The notes below the pieces were generated by a model, which ran no database searches, had not been told where the DNA came from, and saw only the letters and a program-made list of their open reading frames with translations. Of a stretch of 36,178 nt of DNA, positions 1 through 7,571 are shown one piece after another. Source of the DNA: a virus; IMG/VR virus record IMGVR_UViG_3300045988_025848, positions 1-36,178 of that record. One strand, given 5' to 3'. Position 1 is the first letter of the stretch; every line of letters begins with the position of its first letter. The position numbers were made by a program, and so were the translations under genes.

Positions 1-54
1 GCTCTTCTGCTGGTGCAGGCTCTTCTGCTGGTGCAGGCTCTTCTGCTGGTGCAG
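1..54. repeat. Terminal direct repeat: 3 x 18-mer GCTCTTCTGCTGGTGCAG, identical to 36125..36178. Probably a circular-assembly overlap lying inside a coding tandem repeat.
   Basis: Read directly: nt 1-54 equal nt 36125-36178. The unit encodes PAPAEE on the minus strand. Confidence 0.9.
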
Positions 55-361
55 GTGCTTCATCGTCGTTCACTTCTTCCACGGGTGCGGGCTTCGCGGC
101 ACGTTTAGCGCGGGTCTTGGCGCGCTCTGATTCTACCATCTCGGCCACTGTTTTAGGTGCTTCTTCGCCTTTCAAAATTTTCGTTCCGAAATTGCTTTTC
201 GGTTTTGTTGCTTCTACAACCGCGTCCGCTAACTTGTCAAGATCGGTTTTACGTTCCGTTGCTTCCGGCATGGCTTCGCCTGCCAATTCACGTAAATAGT
301 TAGACGCTGCTAACAATTCCTTCACACTCTCGTTTCCAATTAATTCGATTACTACTTTCAT
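1..361 (-). CDS. N-terminal part of a junction-spanning early protein with an acidic PAPAEE/(AE)n low-complexity linker. It continues at 36178..35895.
   Basis: ATG at 361..359, with an ATGA overlap onto the stop of the upstream HTH gene. My translation is MKVVIELIGNESVKELLAASNYLRELAGEAMPEATERKTDLDKL...AKPAPVEEVNDDEAPAPAEEPAPAEEPAPAEE. It leaves the window start in the same frame as the ORF entering at 36178. Confidence 0.7.
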   Translation of the reverse strand, partial: MKVVIELIGNESVKELLAASNYLRELAGEAMPEATERKTDLDKLADAVVEATKPKSNFGTKILKGEEAPKTVAEMVESERAKTRAKRAAKPAPVEEVNDDEAPAPAEEPAPAEEPAPAEE

Positions 362-537
362 TTCTTCTTAAAATTAAAAATTGTTTCTAATAACTCATTT
401 TTGTTCACTCTGATTTTGCCCGTCCCATTCTCGTACCGCGTGAGTTTTCCGGCGTTGAGCTGGTAGCGTATTGCGTTTTCGGTGCACTCCGCTAACCGGG
501 CGGCTTCTGCCACTGTGATAAGTTCTACTTTTTCCAT
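358..537 (-). CDS. 59-aa helix-turn-helix DNA-binding protein (MerR/excisionase-like HTH)
   Basis: Below the ORF-track size cut-off; translated by hand as MEKVELITVAEAARLAECTENAIRYQLNAGKLTRYENGTGKIRVNKNELLETIFNFKKK. The ITVAEAARL..ENAIRYQ pattern is typical of Xis/MerR-type HTH domains. It overlaps both neighbouring genes. Confidence 0.6.
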   Translation of the reverse strand: MEKVELITVAEAARLAECTENAIRYQLNAGKLTRYENGTGKIRVNKNELLETIFNFKKK

Positions 538-854
538 TTCATCTTTTCGTTAAATTTAAAATTCAATTTGTCAGACGTTCGATAAGTTTGTACGTGGTCG
601 GAATAAGCGGCGCGCCTGGCCTGTTCGAAAATAGTTTCGTAACGTTTGGCGTGTGGAATTATAAAGCCCCGGATTTTATACTTAAACTTTTTTCCGGCTT
701 CTTCTTCTCGTTGCAAATCATCGAACACCATTTTCGAGTTATCCGGATAGCCGTATAGCATTGTAGCCTCGCCTATCGTTTTGCACGCCGTAATCCTCTC
801 CCGTATAATCTTATAAAAGAACGCTTCTAACTTATAAATGTCTATTGCTGCCAT
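525..854 (-). CDS. Hypothetical early protein, 109 aa; first gene after the early promoter
   Basis: ATG-initiated ORF in the track, with no motif I recognise. It is preceded by a 76-nt leader and a TTTG/TACCTTTG promoter-like pair. Confidence 0.6.
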   Translation of the reverse strand: MAAIDIYKLEAFFYKIIRERITACKTIGEATMLYGYPDNSKMVFDDLQREEEAGKKFKYKIRGFIIPHAKRYETIFEQARRAAYSDHVQTYRTSDKLNFKFNEKMKWKK

Positions 855-930
855 ATCTAGTAATGTTTATTACGATTCTCCGATCCCGGAATAGTTCAAC
901 AAATTTAGTTGGTTTCTCATTTCGATGTTA

Positions 931-960
931 CAAAGGTACAGCTTTATTTTGAACTACAAA
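931..960 (-). promoter_or_regulatory. Bacteroidota-type promoter candidate for the early operon (-7 TACCTTTG, -33 TTTG, 18-nt spacer)
   Basis: Minus strand reads TTTG(960..957)-N18-TACCTTTG(938..931). The upstream 951-991 closely matches the element at 29391-29430. Confidence 0.5.
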
Positions 961-1021
961 ACTATTTCCCAAAAAACTTTAGTAATTTAACTCTGATTAA
1001 CTGTTTTGAAGGTTTGATAAC

Positions 1022-1064
1022 GGTGTAAATGGCAAATAGCCCTTTTTAAGCGGATGTTTACACC
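1022..1064. promoter_or_regulatory. Inverted repeat GGTGTAAA-N27-TTTACACC; candidate operator
   Basis: Arms at 1022-1029 and 1057-1064 are exact reverse complements. The 12-mer ATGTTTACACCC (1054-1065) recurs at 21134-21145. Confidence 0.5.
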
Positions 1065-1142
1065 CTTAACTATGTGCATATCAATAAATTACGGGCGAAA
1101 ACGGGTGAAATGTATAAGACATGAGATAGTTTCTCTATTAGT

Positions 1143-1327
1143 TTATATTTAAATATTTCTATAAATTCATTCACATATTAATTCATATATTTACATATTT
1201 TATAGATTATATTAATATTTCATTCTTAGCTCTATATATTATCTTTACATCTTTTACATTAGATATATATATTGATAGATAAAGTACTAGTTATTAGTGA
1301 ATTAAGTGCGAAAGATACAAATTTTAA
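1143..1327. repeat. AT-rich non-coding element, copy A (185 bp); paralogue of 21220..21403
   Basis: The left end TTATATTTAAATATTTCTATAAATT matches copy B at 23 of 25 positions. The right end ATAAAGTACTA-N14-TTAAGTGCGAAAGATACAAATTTTAA matches copy B with the same internal spacing. The interior is almost entirely A/T. Confidence 0.8.
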
Positions 1328-1418
1328 TCATTTATATGCAAAAACGCCAACTCGTTAAGAATCAGCGTTTTAAGTTTTCAAGTGCGAAAGATGAAAGTGC
1401 ATTTATGAAAGATGAAAG
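1304..1418. repeat. Iteron-like direct repeats: AAGTGCGAAAGAT x2 (1304-1316, 1380-1392) and GAAAGATGAAAG x2 (1386-1397, 1407-1418, period 21 bp)
   Basis: Exact repeats read directly, lying between the stop of the last late gene (1422) and the AT-rich element. Confidence 0.75.
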
Positions 1419-1421
1419 GCG

Positions 1422-2009
1422 TTATTTGTCGAATTCTGCCGAGAATTCTACGTGTATTTTGGATTTTGGGTTTTTATTCGATACGGTTATGGTTTGTTTC
1501 GGTTTTCCGATCCGGAAGAATAAAAACCGCTTTTGTTTGACTGATCCGATCACGTCGATCGTGTCGGTACTGCTGGATTTTATAATCGTGGTGTCCGGTC
1601 GGGCTTCGACTTGTACATCATTCCACCCGTCGAAGTAGTGCGCAAATCGGTTTTCTTTGTCACCGTCCCTGTATTCTGTCTTAACCACGGTGTCCACCTT
1701 GGTAACTGTCTCGGCCCTTGTGGCGTTCTTTAGCTCTCTTATCTTTATTCCCGCCTCGCGTACCTTATTATATAGATCAGCGTTATATAGTTCTAGCTCG
1801 TCCTTCTCTAGCTTTAACTGCCTAGCTTGTTCCGCATAATCCCCCGCCGTAGTCTTGAATGCTACAGCCTCGGTGTTAAGCGCGGTGAGGTTGTTTTCCT
1901 GCCGTTCTAACTCTTTTCTTTGTTTCTGTACTGTCTTATACGATGCGTACAATAAAATGGCTAGAAGGACAAGCAAACACACTAATATCTTATTTAATGT
2001 TATTTTCAT
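1422..2009 (-). CDS. Membrane-anchored coiled-coil protein, spanin-like lysis accessory candidate (195 aa)
   Basis: N-terminal hydrophobic anchor ILVCLLVLLAILLYA followed by a long charged heptad-like region. ATGA overlap with the endolysin stop. Last gene of the lysis cassette. Confidence 0.5.
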   Translation of the reverse strand: MKITLNKILVCLLVLLAILLYASYKTVQKQRKELERQENNLTALNTEAVAFKTTAGDYAEQARQLKLEKDELELYNADLYNKVREAGIKIRELKNATRAETVTKVDTVVKTEYRDGDKENRFAHYFDGWNDVQVEARPDTTIIKSSSTDTIDVIGSVKQKRFLFFRIGKPKQTITVSNKNPKSKIHVEFSAEFDK

Positions 2010-2404
2010 AGATGCAGTATTTGGCGTTTCACATTGTCCTTATCGTACGAGATATGCACCCAGGTGAAACCCCTTTCATCAATAAGCTGGCAAAACGGTA
2101 GATTGAGTTTCTGTGCCAGCTCGAAGAGTTTCTTATTCTCCTGTTTGTTACCCCCTGTTATGTCCGCCGCTTGTCCTTTGACGTGCTGCGACGTTTTAGA
2201 GCCTTTCACCGCCGTGTTAAGGGCGGGCGATCTGTACCCGCTATTAACTTGGATCGGCTTGCCGTACGCGTCCCGTAACGGGTCTAGTACGTTATTGATT
2301 AGCTGTTTCAGATTCTCTGCCACTTCCGGCGTCGGATCGTTGTTGATCTTCTTCGCCGCCGCCGTCGTTGACGCGGTTAGCTCTTGGATTGTGAAGTTTC
2401 GCAT
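2006..2404 (-). CDS. Endolysin, peptidase M15 family (D-Ala-D-Ala carboxypeptidase-like / L-Ala-D-Glu peptidase fold)
   Basis: SGYRSPALN, SQHVKGQAAD (H-x6-D) and WVHISYD match the zinc-ligand pattern of M15 peptidases. It is flanked by a holin-like gene and a spanin-like gene. Confidence 0.85.
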   Translation of the reverse strand: MRNFTIQELTASTTAAAKKINNDPTPEVAENLKQLINNVLDPLRDAYGKPIQVNSGYRSPALNTAVKGSKTSQHVKGQAADITGGNKQENKKLFELAQKLNLPFCQLIDERGFTWVHISYDKDNVKRQILHL

Positions 2405-2837
2405 TTTTCAAATGTTTTATAAAGTCCGAATATTTAGTATTAATCATCATATCCAATACCGCTATAAATTCGTTATCCGGTTGGATCTTTTTAAAGTTAC
2501 GAATAATATTCTTCGAATACACCAGCGCGAAAAGCGTTGTAAGTAATCGTAATAAGTCCGTATAGTTCCCTTCCGGCTCTATAAGCCGTGCACCTGCCGC
2601 CGTGAATAGAATCACGATCGCCGCGATCGCATACTCAAAAAACGCATGAAAAGCCTTTTTGTGGCTGTATTTTTCACCAGCCCTTAAACCTGCAATAAGT
2701 CCTACTATAAAATTCAGCATCCCGAACAACACGATCAGAACAAAGAAAGTCATCACATCGTTAGTAACGGTTAGTAGGAAAGCTAGAGACGCGACGCGCG
2801 CCGTATCAAAAACTCCATCCATTATTTTATTAAACAT
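2292..2837 (-). CDS. Holin-like multi-pass membrane protein. An alternative start at 2822 gives a TAATG overlap with the upstream stop.
   Basis: 3-4 hydrophobic segments (FFVLIVLFGMLNFIVGLIAGL, YAIAAIVILFTAAGA and others) and a charged C-terminal tail. Sits immediately upstream of the endolysin. Confidence 0.65.
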   Translation of the reverse strand: MFNKIMDGVFDTARVASLAFLLTVTNDVMTFFVLIVLFGMLNFIVGLIAGLRAGEKYSHKKAFHAFFEYAIAAIVILFTAAGARLIEPEGNYTDLLRLLTTLFALVYSKNIIRNFKKIQPDNEFIAVLDMMINTKYSDFIKHLKNAKLHNPRANRVNDGGGEEDQQRSDAGSGRESETANQ

Positions 2838-3259
2838 ATCCTAGATTGTACCCTGTGTGAACATTCCTCTTTAATCAGTCCGGCGGTTTTAAACGCCTTG
2901 ATTAGCGGGACTATAAATAAATCAGCTTTTCCGCGTTCCGCTTCAAACCGCTTTGCTTTGTTGTCGTCAGCCAGAACGTAGCTGCCACCATAGTTTTGTA
3001 TTTTTAGGCCGCTCGCCGTGCTTTGCTGCTCGCTTGTCTGCGAGTAGCGCGCAAAGGCGTAGTAGCACAATACTTTATTAGCTCCGGTACGCGCCGTGGT
3101 ATCAACTAAGTATTCCGGCGGTATCTCTTCATACGATCGGTGAAGTTGTGGCGACATGTCGAGCATATCGGCCTCGTAAAAAGCTTTTTCGATGTCACTA
3201 TCTTTAACGTCCTTCGCGATCGTAAACAAATCTCGTAGTAATTGGATCGGGTATGCCAT
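2822..3259 (-). CDS. Hypothetical virion-module protein, 145 aa (possible head-tail adaptor)
   Basis: ATG ORF tightly packed between the portal gene and the holin gene. No diagnostic motif. Confidence 0.5.
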   Translation of the reverse strand: MAYPIQLLRDLFTIAKDVKDSDIEKAFYEADMLDMSPQLHRSYEEIPPEYLVDTTARTGANKVLCYYAFARYSQTSEQQSTASGLKIQNYGGSYVLADDNKAKRFEAERGKADLFIVPLIKAFKTAGLIKEECSHRVQSRICLIK

Positions 3260-3260
3260 A

Positions 3261-4409
3261 TCAATCTGTTATTACTTGGTCGGCGGGTGTAGCCGCATCG
3301 CCTTCCAAATCGTTTTTAATTTTAGTTAGTTCCGGGTCTATGTCGAATATATACGCCAGGTCACGGGAAATCTTATCACGGACACGCGACAAAGAACGGC
3401 GGTATACGCGCTGCATCTCCTTAACCACCTCGCCTGACGCGTTCGAGAAGCTAATCAATGATGAATCAATAAGTGGGATTGGAATTGTAAAGCAAGAAAT
3501 TGCAATGTCTTTCCGCAACGGCTCGCAATACGACTTATACAGGTCAGAATCAATAGGCGTACCGATCTGATCCACCCGGATAAAGGGCTTCTCTGTAATG
3601 CCTACATTATCGTCTCTTACTGTGAGTACCGCGCCAGTTCCTTCCACCCCCATCATTTCGGTAATAGCGTCCCGGAACTCGTTCTGCTCCTGGTCGCTCT
3701 GAAACATCCCGTGCGATACGACGCTACAGGCGTGGAAACCACGCGCTAGAACGTTCTCAACGTACAAGGCATTCCCGTGTTCGGCTCCCATTTCCGGCTG
3801 TACTGCGTGAAACGGGCTGATAGGATAAGGTCTACGGTTCGAGAAGTTAGCGTAATATAATTGCCCCGGATGGTTTTCAATACCCCCATACTCTTCGCAT
3901 TCCTTCCAAAAATTTTTCGGGTTGAAGTTCGGATAAACAACGCCCGTCTTTACGTTCGTGTCCTTCAGCGTCTCGCGTTCCCAGTTATCAAATACTCGCC
4001 ATTTGCGTACGATTGAATCGCGTTTGTAGTCCTCGTTAAGAACGGCACGAACGTAACCGAACGGAACGGGGTAACAGTACAAGGGGCGACCATCGCCGCC
4101 GTATTGTACTATTAACGCGTAACCTCTATATCTTGGTATCTCGTCGGCTACGAACTCTAAAACATCGTTCATGTCCTGCCCGTGCTCGTTGGTTCTCGCT
4201 GCAAATTCTTCGTTAACGAAACCCTCGCAAATAATGTTTTCTTTCGCTTTGTCACAACACGCCGTAGCGGTTTTGCTAGCGTCGATAAGATTTGCGATAC
4301 GTTGCGGGTACAAGTTGTCCACGTCGTAACTAACCACCCCTTCAGAGGTACGGGGCACTAAATTCAGTGCCCTACGTACTATTAACTCTATTTTCTTTGC
4401 TGCGATCAT
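3261..4409 (-). CDS. Portal protein candidate (382 aa)
   Basis: Size and general pattern resemble small HK97/BeeE-type portal proteins, for example the RKDIAISCFTIPIPLID region near the C-terminus. It lies in the head module. The call is from recollection, not a search. Confidence 0.5.
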   Translation of the reverse strand: MIAAKKIELIVRRALNLVPRTSEGVVSYDVDNLYPQRIANLIDASKTATACCDKAKENIICEGFVNEEFAARTNEHGQDMNDVLEFVADEIPRYRGYALIVQYGGDGRPLYCYPVPFGYVRAVLNEDYKRDSIVRKWRVFDNWERETLKDTNVKTGVVYPNFNPKNFWKECEEYGGIENHPGQLYYANFSNRRPYPISPFHAVQPEMGAEHGNALYVENVLARGFHACSVVSHGMFQSDQEQNEFRDAITEMMGVEGTGAVLTVRDDNVGITEKPFIRVDQIGTPIDSDLYKSYCEPLRKDIAISCFTIPIPLIDSSLISFSNASGEVVKEMQRVYRRSLSRVRDKISRDLAYIFDIDPELTKIKNDLEGDAATPADQVITD

Positions 4410-4428
4410 TGATTTACCTTTTTATATA

Positions 4429-4932
4429 TTATTCTTCGAACTCCTTAAGACCCTCGGCTGCTTCTGCTTCTGCTGCCTTTTTCGCTGCACGTGTAGCCGC
4501 TGCTTTTTTAGCCGCTTCGCTTCGTTTAGCCGCGGCGATCTCTTCCTCCGATAGTTCCGGCTCTTCTGCTTCTGCTTCTGGTTCACCTTCTACAGGTGCT
4601 TCCGGCGCGAACGGGTCGTCTCCTGTTTCGGGAATTGTAACGGCTTCTGCTTGCAAGTCTATAAAATAGTCCTTGTAATTCTCGTTTGCTTCCATGAATT
4701 CCATGGCCTTCTCGTCGCTCGTATTAAATGCGCGGTATACTCGTCCATCCTCGATCGAGTTGATGAACAGTCCCGGCTTCATTACGTAGCGTGTGTGCTG
4801 TCCGGTCAAATAACGTTCTTCATACCAGCGTTGTGCAAACAGGCGATCCGCACCGCACACAATATCCAATTTTAGATTAGTCATTGTTTGACACAATGAA
4901 ACGATCTGCCCTACATCTGTAATTTTTTCCAT
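4429..4932 (-). CDS. Hypothetical head-module protein with an acidic E/A/P-rich and AAKKAA C-terminal tail (167 aa)
   Basis: The ORF ends ...APEAPVEGEPEAEAEEPELSEEEIAAAKRSEAAKKAAATRAAKKAAEAEAAEGLKEFEE. Confidence 0.6.
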   Translation of the reverse strand: MEKITDVGQIVSLCQTMTNLKLDIVCGADRLFAQRWYEERYLTGQHTRYVMKPGLFINSIEDGRVYRAFNTSDEKAMEFMEANENYKDYFIDLQAEAVTIPETGDDPFAPEAPVEGEPEAEAEEPELSEEEIAAAKRSEAAKKAAATRAAKKAAEAEAAEGLKEFEE

Positions 4933-4953
4933 CTTTTAAACTGTTTTAATTTA

Positions 4954-5493
4954 TTAAACTTTCGGTATCTTTAGACCGTCGTACGCCGCTTTCGCGATCG
5001 TTACCAACATGTCACCCGTTGACGCTTCCGGCGTTTTAAGTGTCACCGTTGAAATACCGCCCGTACTCGAATCGGTTGCAAAGTCCGATGCTTCCAAACC
5101 GCAAAACGCACCTGCTAAATAATAGTTACCTGATTTAGACTTTAGCGCTACTCTAAAATTGCCCTTTAGAAGGCTCGTTAATGCCAAACGGTACGCGGTA
5201 CTATCAACAGACGACATAACCTTAATAACGACGCTCTGATCCTCTGCTGCGGGTACTGTATCGTTTGCTTTGATTGCTTCCTGGTACATCACGGAGTTAT
5301 TAACAGAGTTAACCACGTACCCCTTTTTCCCGGTTATCATCGTGATTGTCCCCACCCCGGCGGATTCCGATATAGTGGAGATGTCCGAAGAGTTTATAAC
5401 AATCGCTTCATCTATTTCACCCGTTCCGCCAGTTAATACAAAATTAGCGCAATCAAATGTAATATCACTATCTAGTTTTTTTAAACATGCCAT
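4954..5493 (-). CDS. Structural paralogue 3 of 3 (179 aa); tail-tube-sized protein of unknown role
   Basis: Shares MAC[IL]K.L....I...C, ..IN..D[IV] and GG[FI][ST]T[IV]T[IL] with 5507..6040 and 6042..6575. A strong AGGAGG lies 8 nt upstream of the ATG. Confidence 0.7.
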   Translation of the reverse strand: MACLKKLDSDITFDCANFVLTGGTGEIDEAIVINSSDISTISESAGVGTITMITGKKGYVVNSVNNSVMYQEAIKANDTVPAAEDQSVVIKVMSSVDSTAYRLALTSLLKGNFRVALKSKSGNYYLAGAFCGLEASDFATDSSTGGISTVTLKTPEASTGDMLVTIAKAAYDGLKIPKV

Positions 5494-5506
5494 ATAAGTT
5501 CCTCCT

Positions 5507-6040
5507 TTATGATTCCGTTACGATTGCTGCGGCTCTCAACGTGTTATAACTAGCATCCGCAAAGCTTAGACGGGTCTCGCCGATAACATTTTCCGATGTC
5601 GATAGCGTGATCGTAGTAAAACCGCCGTTCGCGTTCAGATCCTCCGAAATAGCAGTAGCGCCCAAACCATAATTATACCCGTATGCCCGAATTCTTCCGG
5701 CTTTAGTTTTGACAAGTGCCAGGAACGTACCGTTTAGAATCTGATTTACAATCACAGTTCCGTTTGCGTCACCTTGATACAGTGTGAACGTAACCGCCTG
5801 CGTTAATGCTGTCGGCGCGTTATCGTTTTCCTTGATTTCTTCCGTTGCGTTTACGCCCTTCTTGTTACTCTCAACCAGCACGGCCTTAGTGCTCGCCGCC
5901 AGTGTTACCGTAGCAACCCCTGCCGCTATGCTCTTCGACGCGATATCCGCGAAATTGATAAGAAGCATTTCGGCTACGCCTGCTGCCCCTCCGTCGCAAT
6001 CAACTAAGATCGCTTTATTTAGTTTGTTTAAGCATCCCAT
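5507..6040 (-). CDS. Structural paralogue 2 of 3 (177 aa from the ATG at 6040; the track start at 6049 is TTG)
   Basis: MGCLNKLNKAILVDC... aligns with the other two copies. The ATG lies one nt after the stop of the upstream copy. Confidence 0.7.
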   Translation of the reverse strand: MGCLNKLNKAILVDCDGGAAGVAEMLLINFADIASKSIAAGVATVTLAASTKAVLVESNKKGVNATEEIKENDNAPTALTQAVTFTLYQGDANGTVIVNQILNGTFLALVKTKAGRIRAYGYNYGLGATAISEDLNANGGFTTITLSTSENVIGETRLSFADASYNTLRAAAIVTES

Positions 6041-6041
6041 A

Positions 6042-6575
6042 TTATACAAGTTTTGCGGCTGTGATAGTTGTCCACGCTGCCGAAGTCATTGTTATTCTAT
6101 CTTCTCCTCTAGCATCGTCCGGCGTTTTAATAGTGATCGTAGTAAAACCGCCTGCCGTGTTAGAATCCGTATCAGCTTGGGAAATTTCAAGCCCACATTT
6201 ATACCCCGCCATTATTGGCATTGAATTAATATCATTCAATTTGATAGCCGCCATAAACCGTCCCGATAACAAAGCCGACATAATGCTAGCACCTGTTAAG
6301 TTTTTGTTATACAAGGTAAACATAACGGACTGATCCAGTCCTGCCGAAACATCTGATAACTTTAACGCTTCTGTGTATTTCGCGCCATTCTTATAACACT
6401 CTACGGGAACGGTTTTCGCCCCGCTTTTTAGTGTTACCGCCGTAATGCTGTTATTACCGTCCATTGTTGCGGTGGTTACGTCGTCAAAGTTAATAAGATA
6501 CATTTCAGCGATACCTACGCTACCAGGTTGGCAGGCGTAGGTAATTGCTTTATTTAATGTCTTTATACAAGCCAT
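6042..6575 (-). CDS. Structural paralogue 1 of 3 (177 aa)
   Basis: MACIKTLNKAITYAC...GGFTTITIKTP; directly downstream of the major capsid gene. Confidence 0.7.
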   Translation of the reverse strand: MACIKTLNKAITYACQPGSVGIAEMYLINFDDVTTATMDGNNSITAVTLKSGAKTVPVECYKNGAKYTEALKLSDVSAGLDQSVMFTLYNKNLTGASIMSALLSGRFMAAIKLNDINSMPIMAGYKCGLEISQADTDSNTAGGFTTITIKTPDDARGEDRITMTSAAWTTITAAKLV

Positions 6576-6594
6576 TTAAACTTTGTTTTAGTTA

Positions 6595-7551
6595 TTAAAC
6601 ACCTGCTGCGGTGCACAATTTCATATACTCCGGAACTGCTAGCATTGCATCAGCCGCAAATACAGTTGTACTGTAATACTTACGGTCTTTAGCGTCACGG
6701 ATGAACGGATCAATAGTCAAACTTGCATCTTCCAAAGCCAATTGAATGTTAGTTTTCGGAGAGAAAGCAATGAAAGACTGAACTGTCAAAGCGTCACCCT
6801 TAGCACTGTTAGACACGTGGCGAAGTTCGTTCACCTTGTAACCTTCGAAGTAGTACGCTGGTTTGCCGTTCTCCATGTTAGCTTGTGCCAAATGGTTATC
6901 CTTAGCTTCTACCAAGTCCTTATAAGCGCGCATAATGTTGCTAGATACATAGAATTCTGATTCGTCCAGTTGATCCGGGCGCTGGTTGTCGATACACCAT
7001 TTCAGACACTCCAAAACATTAGCACCAGCTCCGGAAGGAACAAGAGCCTTAATAGTTTCGGTTGAAGCCTGCATTTGCTTGATGATACCACCGTTTTTAA
7101 ACACTGTGTATACACCCGCGGTATCAGTTGTTTTCAGACCGTCCAACCATACGAGACGCAACATGTCAGCTTCCAATACTTTCAGAATTTCGTTCTGCAT
7201 GAATGCTGCCAACTGTGTTTGGTCAAAATCAGCCGAAAGGTGAACGCCTTTTGCAACCATTTTGCCCCACAAGTCTTGGAGACAGACCACGATAGGCAAC
7301 TCGATCTGTGCGTGATCGTAGTATTTCACTTTGTCCTGCAAAGAACTATACTTGTATTCGCTGTCGCAACCTGCGGAACGTCTTACCGCTTTGTCGGTTG
7401 CTGTGAAAGTCAAGATAGGTTTACCCTTCTCAATGCCTGCTAACACGGTTACGCCGTTGGAAAGTTCGCCCTCCAAACCCAGTGTCAAAGAAATAACATC
7501 GGCCAGGCTGTCGATATTCAATTTGTTTAAATCGCTAAATGTAAATGCCAT
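6595..7551 (-). CDS. Major capsid protein candidate (318 aa)
   Basis: Size and position immediately after the protease/scaffold gene. No motif-level proof. Confidence 0.55.
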   Translation of the reverse strand: MAFTFSDLNKLNIDSLADVISLTLGLEGELSNGVTVLAGIEKGKPILTFTATDKAVRRSAGCDSEYKYSSLQDKVKYYDHAQIELPIVVCLQDLWGKMVAKGVHLSADFDQTQLAAFMQNEILKVLEADMLRLVWLDGLKTTDTAGVYTVFKNGGIIKQMQASTETIKALVPSGAGANVLECLKWCIDNQRPDQLDESEFYVSSNIMRAYKDLVEAKDNHLAQANMENGKPAYYFEGYKVNELRHVSNSAKGDALTVQSFIAFSPKTNIQLALEDASLTIDPFIRDAKDRKYYSTTVFAADAMLAVPEYMKLCTAAGV

Positions 7552-7571
7552 AATTTTAATGTTTTAGTAGA

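Noticed and set aside
1-54. The 54-bp terminal repeat as a genuine physical direct terminal repeat of the virion DNA
   Set aside because: It lies in the middle of an ORF and inside a tandem repeat, and it is short. It is more simply explained as the overlap produced when a circular or circularly permuted genome is assembled. True termini cannot be inferred from this sequence alone.
358-537. Excisionase-like HTH as evidence of a lysogeny module
   Set aside because: No integrase, recombinase, CI-like repressor or att-like repeat is present anywhere in the window. The HTH is more likely an early transcription regulator.
1306-1638. 110-aa plus-strand ORF starting in the AT-rich/iteron region
   Set aside because: It runs antisense into the spanin-like gene, starts inside repeat DNA, and has no recognisable features.
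2615-2630. Frequent CGATCG / GCGATCGC palindromes, for example 2615-2620 and 2623-2630, as a possible methylation or restriction-related signal
   Set aside because: Where I checked, they arise from Ile-Ala / Ala-Ile codon pairs (ATC GCG ATC) in coding sequence. I cannot compute enrichment without tools, so no claim is made.
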